Positions 19,977-28,903 of a stretch of 48,687 bases of DNA are shown in pieces (position 1 is the first letter of the stretch; the number at the start of each line of letters is the position of its first letter). The notes under the pieces are model-generated. The model worked only from the letters and a program-made list of their open reading frames with translations. It did no database searches and had not been told where the DNA came from. The DNA is taken from assembly GCA_031370645.1 (NCBI GenBank), contig JANMQV010000061.1, positions 1 through 48,687 on the forward strand, read 5' to 3'. The position numbers were made by a program, and so were the translations under genes. This DNA comes from Candidatus Eiseniibacteriota bacterium (GTDB lineage: Bacteria; Eisenbacteria; RBG-16-71-46; SZUA-252).

Positions 19977-21713
19977 ATGCGCTATTTGGTCGGGTCCATC
20001 GTCGGTGCCCTTGTCGTGCTCACGCTCGTGCTGTTCTGGCACCGCACCGAAGAGAAATATCCCCTTCTCCGTTTCGAGCGGAGCCGTGAGTCACAACGTC
20101 TCGCCAATCTTCGCGCCTACGCGGCGCGCGAGCGGCTGGGATCGCTACTACTCCCTGGAGATGTGCAGCTCGCTCTTCGGGAAAGCCTGCTACAAGACAT
20201 TCTGGCCCGCTCGCTTCCCATTCGCCAGCAGTTCGACAACGGGCGCTATGAGGCGCGGCTTGATCACGCGCTCCTCGATCTTGGGGATGGCCTCGCTTCG
20301 ATCACACTCGTGGGACGTGGGCGCATGCTGGGTCCGAACGCCTCACCAATCGAGGTTTATCTGCGTCTCCAAACCCACATCGACGTGGTGGAGTTCCGCC
20401 CCGAGCGAGGCACCCTACGGGCGGGGCTCGCCATCACGGCGGCGCACGTCATTCGCACGGGAGGAGGCCCCGGCCCATTCGCGGTACCCGCAGCGCGCTT
20501 CTTCAGCAGCCTCAAGGTCGAAGATTGGAATCGGCAGCGACCGAGCCTGGAAATTCCCATCCGCGTGGACCAACAGGTCACGCTTCCCATGATCGAAGGC
20601 GATCTCTCGCTCGATTCGTGCCGAATTCCGCTCGTCGTCGGCGTTTCAACCCTGACCGTCCTGCAGAAGAGACTCGTCATCAGCCTCACACTTGGGCGTG
20701 ACTTCATGTCCGGGGAGCGGGGGTGGATTGAGGGCCTGTATGGTCCGGTGCAGATGGCGGAGGATCGGAAGAGCGCCGAGAAGAACCTCGACAGTCTTTA
20801 CCACGGGGGCTTGCGCCGTCTCGGACGGGACGCGCTCCACCGAAGAGTTCTGGCGCTGGCCTCGCGCGATTCGCTCTGGCAGGGCCTGATCCGTTCCGAT
20901 CGGGACGTGGCGGTAATCGTGCCGTTGCCGGTCCTCCAAACGCTGTGCAATCGGGTCGCGCGAAATTACGTTCAGGGGGCCCGCCTCGACTTCGATCCCA
21001 ACATCCGGGTGCATCTCGACAAAGAGATCCGGTTCAAGCTCCTCGGAGGGTCCGCCGGCGCCGGCCGAATCCGGGGCGACTTGCGCGTCAATCGTCTGCA
21101 GGGGCGGCTACAGGTGGTGGGCGACCCGAAGGTCGCGCTTCTGCCACCGGATGTTCTGCAGCTCACAACTCCGATTCTCGTTCTTCATGGATCGGGGCGC
21201 GTGGGGCTGGACATGAAGTGGGATCCAAGCCTTCTCGTTTCGATCATCTGTGGCGGATTCGGCTTTCAAGAGACGCTAACCGGCGATGTACTTCCTTTCT
21301 CGCACGCCCTGCAAACGAGTATCAGGTTCAACGCGGAGCCCACGAGATTTGTGGGCCGGCCACTGGTACGCCAGGATCGAATCTCCGTACCGTGTGAATT
21401 CACGGCGGCGTCGCTGGGTAAAGTGCGGGCGGCGCTCCTGGAGCAGGACAAGCTCTTGAAGTGCGGCATGGTCATGAACGCGGACTCGGTATTGGCGGAT
21501 CTTCGGACGCTGATACGCCGGAAGGTTCAGTTCGGATTGCCGCGAACGCTGTTCAAGCCGTTCTCCGCGCCCGTCAGCACTCGTCAACAGTATGACGCTG
21601 GAGAGTTTCGCATTACGGCGCGAATGGAAGAGCCAGAGGTGGTGGTTCGACCGCAGTACTTGCGCTTTGGATTCCGAGCGGCACTGATGGTGCAGCCATT
21701 GCCACACGAATGA
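19977..21713 (+). CDS. Membrane-anchored hypothetical protein with two beta-rich halves (possibly TULIP/BPI- or DUF4403-like)
   Basis: N-terminal TM helix MRYLVGSIVGALVVLTLVLFW; the halves start with GDVQLALRESLLQDILAR and RDVAVIVPLPVLQTLCNR. Confidence 0.7.
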   Translation: MRYLVGSIVGALVVLTLVLFWHRTEEKYPLLRFERSRESQRLANLRAYAARERLGSLLLPGDVQLALRESLLQDILARSLPIRQQFDNGRYEARLDHALLDLGDGLASITLVGRGRMLGPNASPIEVYLRLQTHIDVVEFRPERGTLRAGLAITAAHVIRTGGGPGPFAVPAARFFSSLKVEDWNRQRPSLEIPIRVDQQVTLPMIEGDLSLDSCRIPLVVGVSTLTVLQKRLVISLTLGRDFMSGERGWIEGLYGPVQMAEDRKSAEKNLDSLYHGGLRRLGRDALHRRVLALASRDSLWQGLIRSDRDVAVIVPLPVLQTLCNRVARNYVQGARLDFDPNIRVHLDKEIRFKLLGGSAGAGRIRGDLRVNRLQGRLQVVGDPKVALLPPDVLQLTTPILVLHGSGRVGLDMKWDPSLLVSIICGGFGFQETLTGDVLPFSHALQTSIRFNAEPTRFVGRPLVRQDRISVPCEFTAASLGKVRAALLEQDKLLKCGMVMNADSVLADLRTLIRRKVQFGLPRTLFKPFSAPVSTRQQYDAGEFRITARMEEPEVVVRPQYLRFGFRAALMVQPLPHE

Positions 21714-21824
21714 CCCATGCTTCTTGCCCCGCCGAAGTCTTGTACCTGCGCATGAGTCGGTCCACCTCGAGTTCAGGCCCGATTCACTTGTCGCTCCCAC
21801 GAAAGCCATCTCCCGTCGCGGTGT

Positions 21825-22568
21825 TCAGAATGTTGCGACGGCGCACAGGCCAAGTCCGCCCGCGTGCAGTGATGGCGTGACGCGAAGAGAGATCCTGCCC
21901 TGACGTACCTTGTTGTTATGAACACGGGCGGAGTGCGGGGCCCGCAGAATGTCCCAAACGATGGAAGCACCACCGACAATCGCGCCGATCGCCACGATCG
22001 CGTTGGCCCCGCTGGTGGCTCCCCCCTCGGACACGGACGCGAGACCACCGACGGCGACCCCAGCTCCGGCCAGAAGCCGAACTCCGATGCCCAGGAAAGC
22101 GGCGCCTGGGCGGGCCGCATAGAAGTGGCCCAATGAGGGACCGATGATTACCGCTCCCACTAGAAGAACGGCTGCCCCATTTGGCGCGGTGGGAGTCCAT
22201 ACGAAGGGTGCGCTCACTCCCACGGGCACGACCGTACCGAGGAGCGACCACAGCAGCGCCCCCGTCTCGGACTTCATCCCGGTTGCTCCTTCCCCATCCT
22301 GCCCCGAGGAGACCAGGGTACTGTCGACTCGCATCGGAATGAGACTCGGGGCCTCCATCCCTTCCGTACGCATGGCCGCCATCGAACTGGAGGCGGGAGG
22401 AATACTCGGCCCCGATGCCGCCAAAGACCCGAAGCCATCGTCCCCATTGGCGAAGAGAACCGCCGCGGTGCTGGAGAATTGATTCGCCGAAACGAGTTCT
22501 GGCTCCACGAGGGCAACGGCAGCTGCGAGGGCTACGATCACGAGGGCATGAGACCAAGAGACACGCAT
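21825..22568 (-). CDS. Hypothetical membrane protein
   Basis: RBS AAAGGAG; signal peptide; Gly-rich hydrophobic helices (ALLWSLLGTVVPVG, IIGPSLGHFYA). Confidence 0.72.
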   Translation of the reverse strand: MRVSWSHALVIVALAAAVALVEPELVSANQFSSTAAVLFANGDDGFGSLAASGPSIPPASSSMAAMRTEGMEAPSLIPMRVDSTLVSSGQDGEGATGMKSETGALLWSLLGTVVPVGVSAPFVWTPTAPNGAAVLLVGAVIIGPSLGHFYAARPGAAFLGIGVRLLAGAGVAVGGLASVSEGGATSGANAIVAIGAIVGGASIVWDILRAPHSARVHNNKVRQGRISLRVTPSLHAGGLGLCAVATF

Positions 22569-22596
22569 GGGCGCTCCTTTTCTTGTGCGGTCTGGG

Positions 22597-23145
22597 CTAG
22601 TTCCTAGCGCGAAGCCGGGGCGCTCTCGTCGGGCGGATGAAGACGTGCGTCCAGTACGTACCCACCTTGCCGACGCCGTGACGCGTGTAGGAGCCGCGCT
22701 GGATGTTCGCCCTGTGTCCGGGGCTATCGAGCCACGCCGTGAGAACGGCCCTTCCGGTGCGCTGCCCCCAAGCGATGTTCTCGCCCGCCTCCGAGTAGGC
22801 GACGCCGCCCGCGGCGAGCCGGTCCCAGGTCGTGCGGCCATCTTGCGACGTGTGGCTGAAGTAGTTCCGATTGAACATATCGCGGCTGTGCGCCTGCGCG
22901 ACGGCGGCGGCGCGACTGTCCCATACGAGCGCCGGGAGTCCTCGAGAGACTCGATGAGCGTTCATCAACTTGACGAACGAGACGACCTCGCGATCGATTG
23001 GCCCGCTGATACGTGTATGAGTGCGGGTACGCGATGCCACGGAGGTGGCCGGCGACGCGTTGCCCCTTCCGTAAGCGAGCGGCATGACGGTCAGAATCGT
23101 GAGCGAAGCGAGGCGAACGATGACACGGACAGACGAGTGGCGCAT
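22597..23145 (-). CDS. CAP/SCP domain protein
   Basis: LMNAHRVSRGLPAL, AQAHSRDM, YFSHTS, AGENIAWG, WLDSPGHRANI, YWTHVF. Confidence 0.93.
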   Translation of the reverse strand: MRHSSVRVIVRLASLTILTVMPLAYGRGNASPATSVASRTRTHTRISGPIDREVVSFVKLMNAHRVSRGLPALVWDSRAAAVAQAHSRDMFNRNYFSHTSQDGRTTWDRLAAGGVAYSEAGENIAWGQRTGRAVLTAWLDSPGHRANIQRGSYTRHGVGKVGTYWTHVFIRPTRAPRLRARN

Positions 23146-23244
23146 GGGATCCCCTTGAGGTCGCAGCTAACGTGGCACATCGCAATTCGTTCGCGCAAGC
23201 GGTTATCCACCGAGTCCGCCTCAGCTCGGAGGCGCGGCAGGGTG

Positions 23245-23279
23245 TGTAAAACACGCCTATCGTTGTAGGAATGTCAGCA
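23245..23279 (+). promoter_or_regulatory. Candidate upstream activator sequence
   Basis: TGTA at 23245 and 23264, 142 and 123 bp upstream of the sigma-54 box; TTGTAGGAATGTCAGCAA resembles TTGTAGAAAAGTTAGCCA (minus strand of 33422-33439). Confidence 0.55.
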
Positions 23280-23386
23280 ATCGGCGGGATTGCCGGTCGA
23301 ATCAGGCTCCTATAACCCGCCGGCGAAGGCGGGCAACCCCATGTCCGCACGGACCCTGTGAGCCTGGCCGGGCACCCCTCGTCACC

Positions 23387-23401
23387 CGGCATCATCCATG
23401 C
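23387..23401 (+). promoter_or_regulatory. Sigma-54 promoter candidate for the amphipathic-repeat gene
   Basis: CGGCAT-catcc-ATGC with GG-N10-GC spacing, about 75 bp upstream of ATG 23476. Confidence 0.55.
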
Positions 23402-23475
23402 AGCCCTACAAGGTGAAGGGGCATCAATGCGACCCCCGAAGCTTGGCCATCTCCAACTCTAGAAGGAGTGCAATC

Positions 23476-23913
23476 ATGAGTGAGAATGATCCCAACATCA
23501 TTGAGTCGGTGAAAGATGGAGTTGTCAACACGGTCGAGGGCACGGGAGACATTGCGAAGGCCGTCATCAATACCGCCGCCGGCACGGTTGAAACGGCCCT
23601 CAAGGGCGCCGGCAAGATGGGCGCGGGGGCGGTGGAAACCATCAGTCGTACGGCGAGCTCGGTCATCAAGAATACGGCCGAGGTTGGTGGTGATCTAGGC
23701 CACGCAGCGACGGGTCTTGTCGAGGGTGCCATCCGTTCCGCCAAGTCCGTCGGCTTGAGTGCGGAGGAGGCAGCGTCAGCCGCTGGCACTGGAGCGCTCG
23801 AGGCGGCAAGCAAAGTTGGTTCGAAGGCGGGAGAAACCGTCCGTAAGGCACTGACCGGCACGATCGCGGGTACGAAGGTCGTGCTCAAGGAGCCGTTCAA
23901 GAGCGCGTCATAG
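23476..23913 (+). CDS. Ala/Gly/Thr-rich amphipathic helical repeat protein (LEA/apolipoprotein/phasin-like), 145 aa
   Basis: RBS AAGGAG; about 22-aa periodicity; no Cys, Trp or Tyr. Confidence 0.8.
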   Translation: MSENDPNIIESVKDGVVNTVEGTGDIAKAVINTAAGTVETALKGAGKMGAGAVETISRTASSVIKNTAEVGGDLGHAATGLVEGAIRSAKSVGLSAEEAASAAGTGALEAASKVGSKAGETVRKALTGTIAGTKVVLKEPFKSAS

Positions 23914-24088
23914 GGAGTCCATTTCGGGCTACTGCATCATGTAGACTGAGTCCATCTCGCCCGCGCGGATCACTGCTGGGAGTCGGTTCGCACGCGGCGG
24001 GATGGGACAGTTGGCACAGACACGATTGGGTACCGGCCGTGGAGACAATGTCACGCTGGCCGTTCTGCGGCAGACGGTTTGCGAATTC

Positions 24089-24286
24089 TTAGCTCACGAT
24101 CTTGAGAGGTTCTCGTCGCACGACTTTCATACCCGAGATCGTGCCGGTCAGTGCATCGCGGTCGGTTTTCCCTGGTTTCGCCGCCGCACTCAAATTGCCG
24201 CCGACCTCTGTCGCGCTCTTGATGACCGGGCCCGCCGTATGGCCATCCCCTACAGACGTGATGATGCCGAGATGATTCTCACTCAT
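24089..24286 (-). pseudogene. Inverted, internally deleted mini-paralog of 23476..23913 (intact 65-aa ORF; pseudogene or mini-protein)
   Basis: Shares AAGGAGTG...ATCATGAGTGAGAAT at the start and an 18-bp identity (GCACTGACCGGCACGATC); three colinear homologous blocks. Confidence 0.75.
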
Positions 24287-24414
24287 GATGTCACTCCTTT
24301 GGGTTGGCATACCTCTGGCCTTCCTCGGGAGATGCGATATCTGGTCGGGTCTTGGATCGACGAGGGCAAGTGCATCCCTCCGCTCTTGCCAAGTCCGTAA
24401 CGTAGGAGGATCCC

Positions 24415-24852
24415 ATGACGAACCCGCTCCGCAAGTACTCTGAAACTCTCTTCCTCCTACTCCGCATCGTCGCCGGTTTCCTATTTGCCTGCCACGGGGC
24501 GCAGAAACTCTTCGGCATGCTCGGCGGCGAGCGCGCCACCGAGCCGCTGATGGTCTTCGCCGGCGTTGTCGAGTTCGGGGGAGGCCTGCTCCTCGTCGTC
24601 GGACTCCTCACGACGATCGCGGCATTCCTGGCAAGCGGCGAGATGGCCTTCGCCTACTTCATGGTGCACGCTCCCCAAAGCCCCTGGCCGATCGTAAGCC
24701 ATGGAGAGCTTCCGGCGCTTTTCGCCTTTCTCTTCCTCTTCATCGCCGCTCACGGAGCCGGCCCTCTGAGCCTCGATGCCATCATGGCGAAGAGCGGAAA
24801 GGGTGCCGCGCGAGGCAAGGCATCACCGCACGCCGCAGCAAAAGGAGTGTGA
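24415..24852 (+). CDS. DoxX family membrane protein
   Basis: LLRIVAGFLFACHGAQKLFG, GVVEFGGG, AAFLASGEMAFAYFMVH, GAGPLSLD; RBS AGGAGG. Confidence 0.94.
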   Translation: MTNPLRKYSETLFLLLRIVAGFLFACHGAQKLFGMLGGERATEPLMVFAGVVEFGGGLLLVVGLLTTIAAFLASGEMAFAYFMVHAPQSPWPIVSHGELPALFAFLFLFIAAHGAGPLSLDAIMAKSGKGAARGKASPHAAAKGV

Positions 24853-27272
24853 AGAACCCCGGCAAGCAGGCGGAAGAGGCGTTGCTCAAGGCAGGCGCCT
24901 TGCAGGACGCCATCTTCAACAGCGCCAACTTCTCGAGCATTGCCACGGACGAGAAGGGCGTCATTCAAATCTTCAACGTCGGCGCCGAGCGTATGCTGGG
25001 CTACACGGCCGCCGACGTGGTGAATAAGATCACGCCGGCCGACATCTCCGAACCGCACGAGGTGATCGCGCGTGCCACGGCGTTGAGTCTCGAACTTGCC
25101 ACCCCGATCACGCCGGGGTTCCAGGCGCTGGTCTTCAAGGCGGCGCGCGGGATCGAAGACATCTACGAGCTAACGTACATCCGCAAAGACGGCAGCCGCT
25201 TTCCGGCAGTCGTCTCCGTCACGGCGCTGCGCGACGATCAAGGCGCCATCATCGGCTATCTGTTGATCGGCACCGATAACACCGCGCGCAAGCAGGCGGA
25301 GGAGGCATTGCTCAAGGCCGGTGCCTTGCAGAACGCGATCTTCAACAGCGCCAACTTCTCGAGCATCGCCACCGACGAGAAGGGCGTCATTCAAATCTTC
25401 AATGTCGGCGCCGAGCGCATGCTGGGATACACGGCCGCCGAAGTGATGGACACGATTACGCCAGCCGACATCTCCGATCCGCAGGAGGTGATTGCGCGCG
25501 CGAAGTCCTTGAGCGCTGAGCTCGGCGCCACGATCGCGCCGGGCTTCGAAGCCCTGGTCTTCAAAGCCGCGCGCGGGATCGAGGACATCTACGAATTGAC
25601 CTATGTCCGGAAGGATGGCAGCCGCTTTCCGGCCATCGTGTCGGTCACGGCGCTGCGCGACGCGCACGGGGATATCATCGGTTATCTGCTGATCGGCACC
25701 GACAATACCGCGCGGATGCAGGTGGAGACCGAGCGAATGCTGCTCGATCAGCGTCTCCGCGACCAACAGTTCTATACACGCTCTCTGATCGAATCCAACA
25801 TCGATGCTTTGATCACGACTGATCCGCGCGGAATCATCACCGACGTGAACAAGCAGATGGAGGCTCTCACCGGATCCACGCGCGATGAGCTGATCGGCGC
25901 GCCCTTCAAGGACTGCTTCACCGACCCCGAGCGAGCCGAGGCGGGCATCAAGCTGGTAATGGGCGAGGGCAAGGTTACCGACTACGAACTCACCGCGCGA
26001 GCTAGGGGTGGCCAGGAAACCGTGGTGTCCTACAACGCGACCACGTTCCATGACCGCGACCGTAACCTGCGAGGGGTGTTCGCCGCAGCCCGGGATGTCA
26101 CCGAACGCAGCCGCTTAGAGAAGCAGATGCTGGAGCAGGCGGCAAAGTTGTCGGACCTGCACCGCCGCAAGGACGAGTTCCTGGCGATGCTGAGTCATGA
26201 GCTTCGCAGTCCCCTCGCTCCCATCGCCAACGCCGTTCAACTGCTAGGCCTCCAGCGGGAGAACGAGAACTCGATTCAGCGGGAAGCCCGCGGCATCATC
26301 GAACGCCAAATGCGGCACCTTCAACATCTCGTTGATGAATTGCTCGAAGTCTCCCGCATCACGACGGGCAGGATTCAACTGCGCCAGGAACCGGCCACCC
26401 TGAGCGGCATCGTGGACATTGCGGTGGAAACCGTTCGCCCGCTGATCGACCAACGTCGGCACGAACTCACCGTGTCGCTGCCCCCTGAACCGATCTGGCT
26501 GTACGCCGACGCGACGCGGCTGGAACAGGTAGTTGTGAACCTGCTTACCAATGCCGCCAAGTACACCGAGCCAGGGGGTCACGTCTGGCTGACCGTTCAA
26601 CAAGAGGGCGATGAGTGCGTGTTGCGGGTGCGGGATACGGGCGTCGGCATCTCCTCGGCACTACTGCCTTGCATCTTCGATCTGTTCACGCAGGCGGAAC
26701 GATCCTTGGACCGCTCACAAGGCGGCCTGGGCATCGGGCTCGCGCTGGTGCAACGGCTCACGGAGCTTCACGGAGGCACCGTCGAGGCTCACAGTGCTTT
26801 GGGGCAAGGCAGCGAGTTCGTCGTGCGTCTGCCGGTGCTGTCGGCTCACACACCACAGGCGCCGTCGCCGGTCGCGGAAATTGATCCGTCGACCACACGC
26901 CCCCTGCGGGTTTTGGTGGTGGATGACAACGTGGATACAGTCTTGAGTTTTTCGATGCTGCTCAGGGTTTCGGGACATGAGGTTCGGTCTGCTCGCGACG
27001 GGCCGACGGCATTGCAAGCGGCCCTCGATTACCGACCGGACGTGGTGCTGTTGGACATCGGCTTGCCGGGCCTAAACGGTTATGAGGTAGCGAAACGAAT
27101 TCGGCAGAATCCAGTTCTCAAAGATGTCGTGTTGGTCGCCTTGACGGGTTATGGCCAGGAGACAGATCTGCAGGCCTCACGACAAGCGGGATTCAATCAC
27201 CACTTGGTAAAGCCGGCATACTTAGAGCAATTGCAGCAAATCTTGTCGCTCGTCTCGAACCATGTGCCATAG
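24849..27272 (+). CDS. Hybrid sensor histidine kinase (3 PAS/PAC, HisKA, HATPase_c, receiver)
   Basis: FLAMLSHELRSPL H-box, NLLTNAAKY, DTGVGI, GLGIGL; receiver VLVVDDN, LLDIGLPGLNG, VKP; GTGA overlap with the doxX stop. Confidence 0.96.
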   Translation: MKNPGKQAEEALLKAGALQDAIFNSANFSSIATDEKGVIQIFNVGAERMLGYTAADVVNKITPADISEPHEVIARATALSLELATPITPGFQALVFKAARGIEDIYELTYIRKDGSRFPAVVSVTALRDDQGAIIGYLLIGTDNTARKQAEEALLKAGALQNAIFNSANFSSIATDEKGVIQIFNVGAERMLGYTAAEVMDTITPADISDPQEVIARAKSLSAELGATIAPGFEALVFKAARGIEDIYELTYVRKDGSRFPAIVSVTALRDAHGDIIGYLLIGTDNTARMQVETERMLLDQRLRDQQFYTRSLIESNIDALITTDPRGIITDVNKQMEALTGSTRDELIGAPFKDCFTDPERAEAGIKLVMGEGKVTDYELTARARGGQETVVSYNATTFHDRDRNLRGVFAAARDVTERSRLEKQMLEQAAKLSDLHRRKDEFLAMLSHELRSPLAPIANAVQLLGLQRENENSIQREARGIIERQMRHLQHLVDELLEVSRITTGRIQLRQEPATLSGIVDIAVETVRPLIDQRRHELTVSLPPEPIWLYADATRLEQVVVNLLTNAAKYTEPGGHVWLTVQQEGDECVLRVRDTGVGISSALLPCIFDLFTQAERSLDRSQGGLGIGLALVQRLTELHGGTVEAHSALGQGSEFVVRLPVLSAHTPQAPSPVAEIDPSTTRPLRVLVVDDNVDTVLSFSMLLRVSGHEVRSARDGPTALQAALDYRPDVVLLDIGLPGLNGYEVAKRIRQNPVLKDVVLVALTGYGQETDLQASRQAGFNHHLVKPAYLEQLQQILSLVSNHVP
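24864..25715 (+). repeat. Tandem 426-bp (142-aa) intragenic PAS-PAC duplication
   Basis: Units 24864-25289 and 25290-25715 both read KQAEEALLKAGALQ(D/N)AIFNSANFSSIATDEKG...IIGYLLIGTDNTAR. Confidence 0.93.
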
Positions 27273-28854
27273 CCAGAACGGCGACGAATCAACTTGTTCA
27301 CGAGGACGCGGCAGGAGGCTGACGCACTCCGCCGCTGCCCTGGTGCTCGCGACCCTTCTCGCCGGCTGCGCCCACGTCGGCCGGTTGAGCGGCGTGCCGC
27401 AGACCATCACGCCGGCCGATACGACCGGCGGACATCACCCGGAGCTGGCCACCCGCCATTCAGCGTCGCTCCATGCGGAGTTCGTGCCCGACACGGTAAT
27501 GGGTTTCCAGCCGGGCACCGGCGACTCCTCGCGTCGGTTCCTGGGACGCTTGCGCAACGGCTACACGGCGGACACGCTCAACATCATCCTCATGGGTGAC
27601 AACCGGCCGGGTTTCCGCATGACGCGGCTCAACTCGCAGATGGTCGTCATCCGGCAGGGCCTTTCGTTGAACCCGGTTCGTATCGGCAAGGCGCTGATCA
27701 CGCTCCCCTATGCCCTCTTCAAGGGGCTGGTTCCCGACCTGGGTCTCCTTCGTGACATTCCCCCCATGATACGAGACATGCCGACCTGGGGTCGCGAGCA
27801 CCAGGTGCTGAACGCGATCCTGGCCAAGGTGGACACGCTGAGGACCCAGCACAAGGTTGTCGCCGCGGCCATCAACACCGGAGACCTGGTCTATGACGGA
27901 CAGAACCCAGCCCACTGGACGCGATTTCTGCGCATCCACAAGCCGCTCTACTCGCGCGTTCCCTACTTCCCGATCGCCGGCAACCACGAGAAGACCTGGA
28001 CGGTGGAGGGACTCGCGAACTGGCGTGCCGCGACGGGGCTGCCCATCGCCGGAGACCGCATGTACTACTGCTTCGATTCGGCCGACGGATGGGTGCGCTT
28101 TGTCGCCCTCGACTCGAATCCCATCACCATGCCCGGGGTGCACTGGTCCAAGGAAGTGCAGGTAACGTACTCGAAGGAGGAAGTGGACTGGCTGACCGCG
28201 CGGCTCAAGGAACATAACGGCCCTTCCTTCGTCTTCATACACAGTCCGCCCTTCTCCGCGGGATACCACCGGATGGAGTGGGAGATGGATCCGATCATGG
28301 TCGATCGGCGCGACCAGATTGTGAAGGCGATGCACGACGGAGGGATCTCGATTCTAGCCAGCGGTCACGAGCACGACTACCAGCGCGCCCTGATGACCTG
28401 GCCCGACGGAAGCGTGCTCATCGCCATCGTCCAGGGGGGCGGGGGCGCTCCGCTCCACCCGCTTCCGGCGCCCGCGGAGGCAGCCCGGCTGTTCAGCATG
28501 ACCAAGTCCGCCGGCGGCACGATCAAGCCGGAAAACGTCTATACCGCGATCATCAACAATTTCTCATACCTTCAATTGTGGTTCGGAGGCGGAGAGCTGC
28601 AGACGTATGCGGTCTACAAGGATGGATCGGTCAAGCTGGTGGACCAGTTGAGCATCGATCTCAAGCGCTACGGTACCCCGAAGATCGATCAGTACAAGGT
28701 GCCGATCGCGGCCACGGCAAACGTGTCCCCTTCCAGTATGGAAGCCAAGGCGGCGCATGGCGTCGCACCCGCCAAGACCGATACGACCGCGGCCAGTCGA
28801 AGGATCGAGACCCAGTCGCCGCCGGGCAAGAAGGTCAAGAAGCGACCCCGCTGA
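27262..28854 (+). CDS. Calcineurin-like metallophosphoesterase lipoprotein (purple acid phosphatase-like); start uncertain
   Basis: Lipobox LAG-C; motifs MGDNR, TGDLV, GNHE, FIHSPP, GHEH. Confidence 0.88.
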   Translation: MCHSQNGDESTCSRGRGRRLTHSAAALVLATLLAGCAHVGRLSGVPQTITPADTTGGHHPELATRHSASLHAEFVPDTVMGFQPGTGDSSRRFLGRLRNGYTADTLNIILMGDNRPGFRMTRLNSQMVVIRQGLSLNPVRIGKALITLPYALFKGLVPDLGLLRDIPPMIRDMPTWGREHQVLNAILAKVDTLRTQHKVVAAAINTGDLVYDGQNPAHWTRFLRIHKPLYSRVPYFPIAGNHEKTWTVEGLANWRAATGLPIAGDRMYYCFDSADGWVRFVALDSNPITMPGVHWSKEVQVTYSKEEVDWLTARLKEHNGPSFVFIHSPPFSAGYHRMEWEMDPIMVDRRDQIVKAMHDGGISILASGHEHDYQRALMTWPDGSVLIAIVQGGGGAPLHPLPAPAEAARLFSMTKSAGGTIKPENVYTAIINNFSYLQLWFGGGELQTYAVYKDGSVKLVDQLSIDLKRYGTPKIDQYKVPIAATANVSPSSMEAKAAHGVAPAKTDTTAASRRIETQSPPGKKVKKRPR

Positions 28855-28903
28855 GCGCCGTAGCATCGGCCCCAAAACACGAAACGATGTCCCCTCTGAT
28901 GAA

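Noticed and set aside
24305-24319. TGGCAT-acctc-TGGC sigma-54-like box upstream of doxX
   Set aside because: Spacing is right, but the -12 element is weak, no upstream TGTA pair is seen, and it overlaps the mini-paralog leader.
24002-24400. 132-aa plus-strand ORF
   Set aside because: Antisense to the mini-paralog, which explains the sequence; no motifs.
13300-24400. Integron-like cassette array suggested by many short unrelated genes
   Set aside because: Genes alternate in orientation; no recurring attC cores and no integrase were found.
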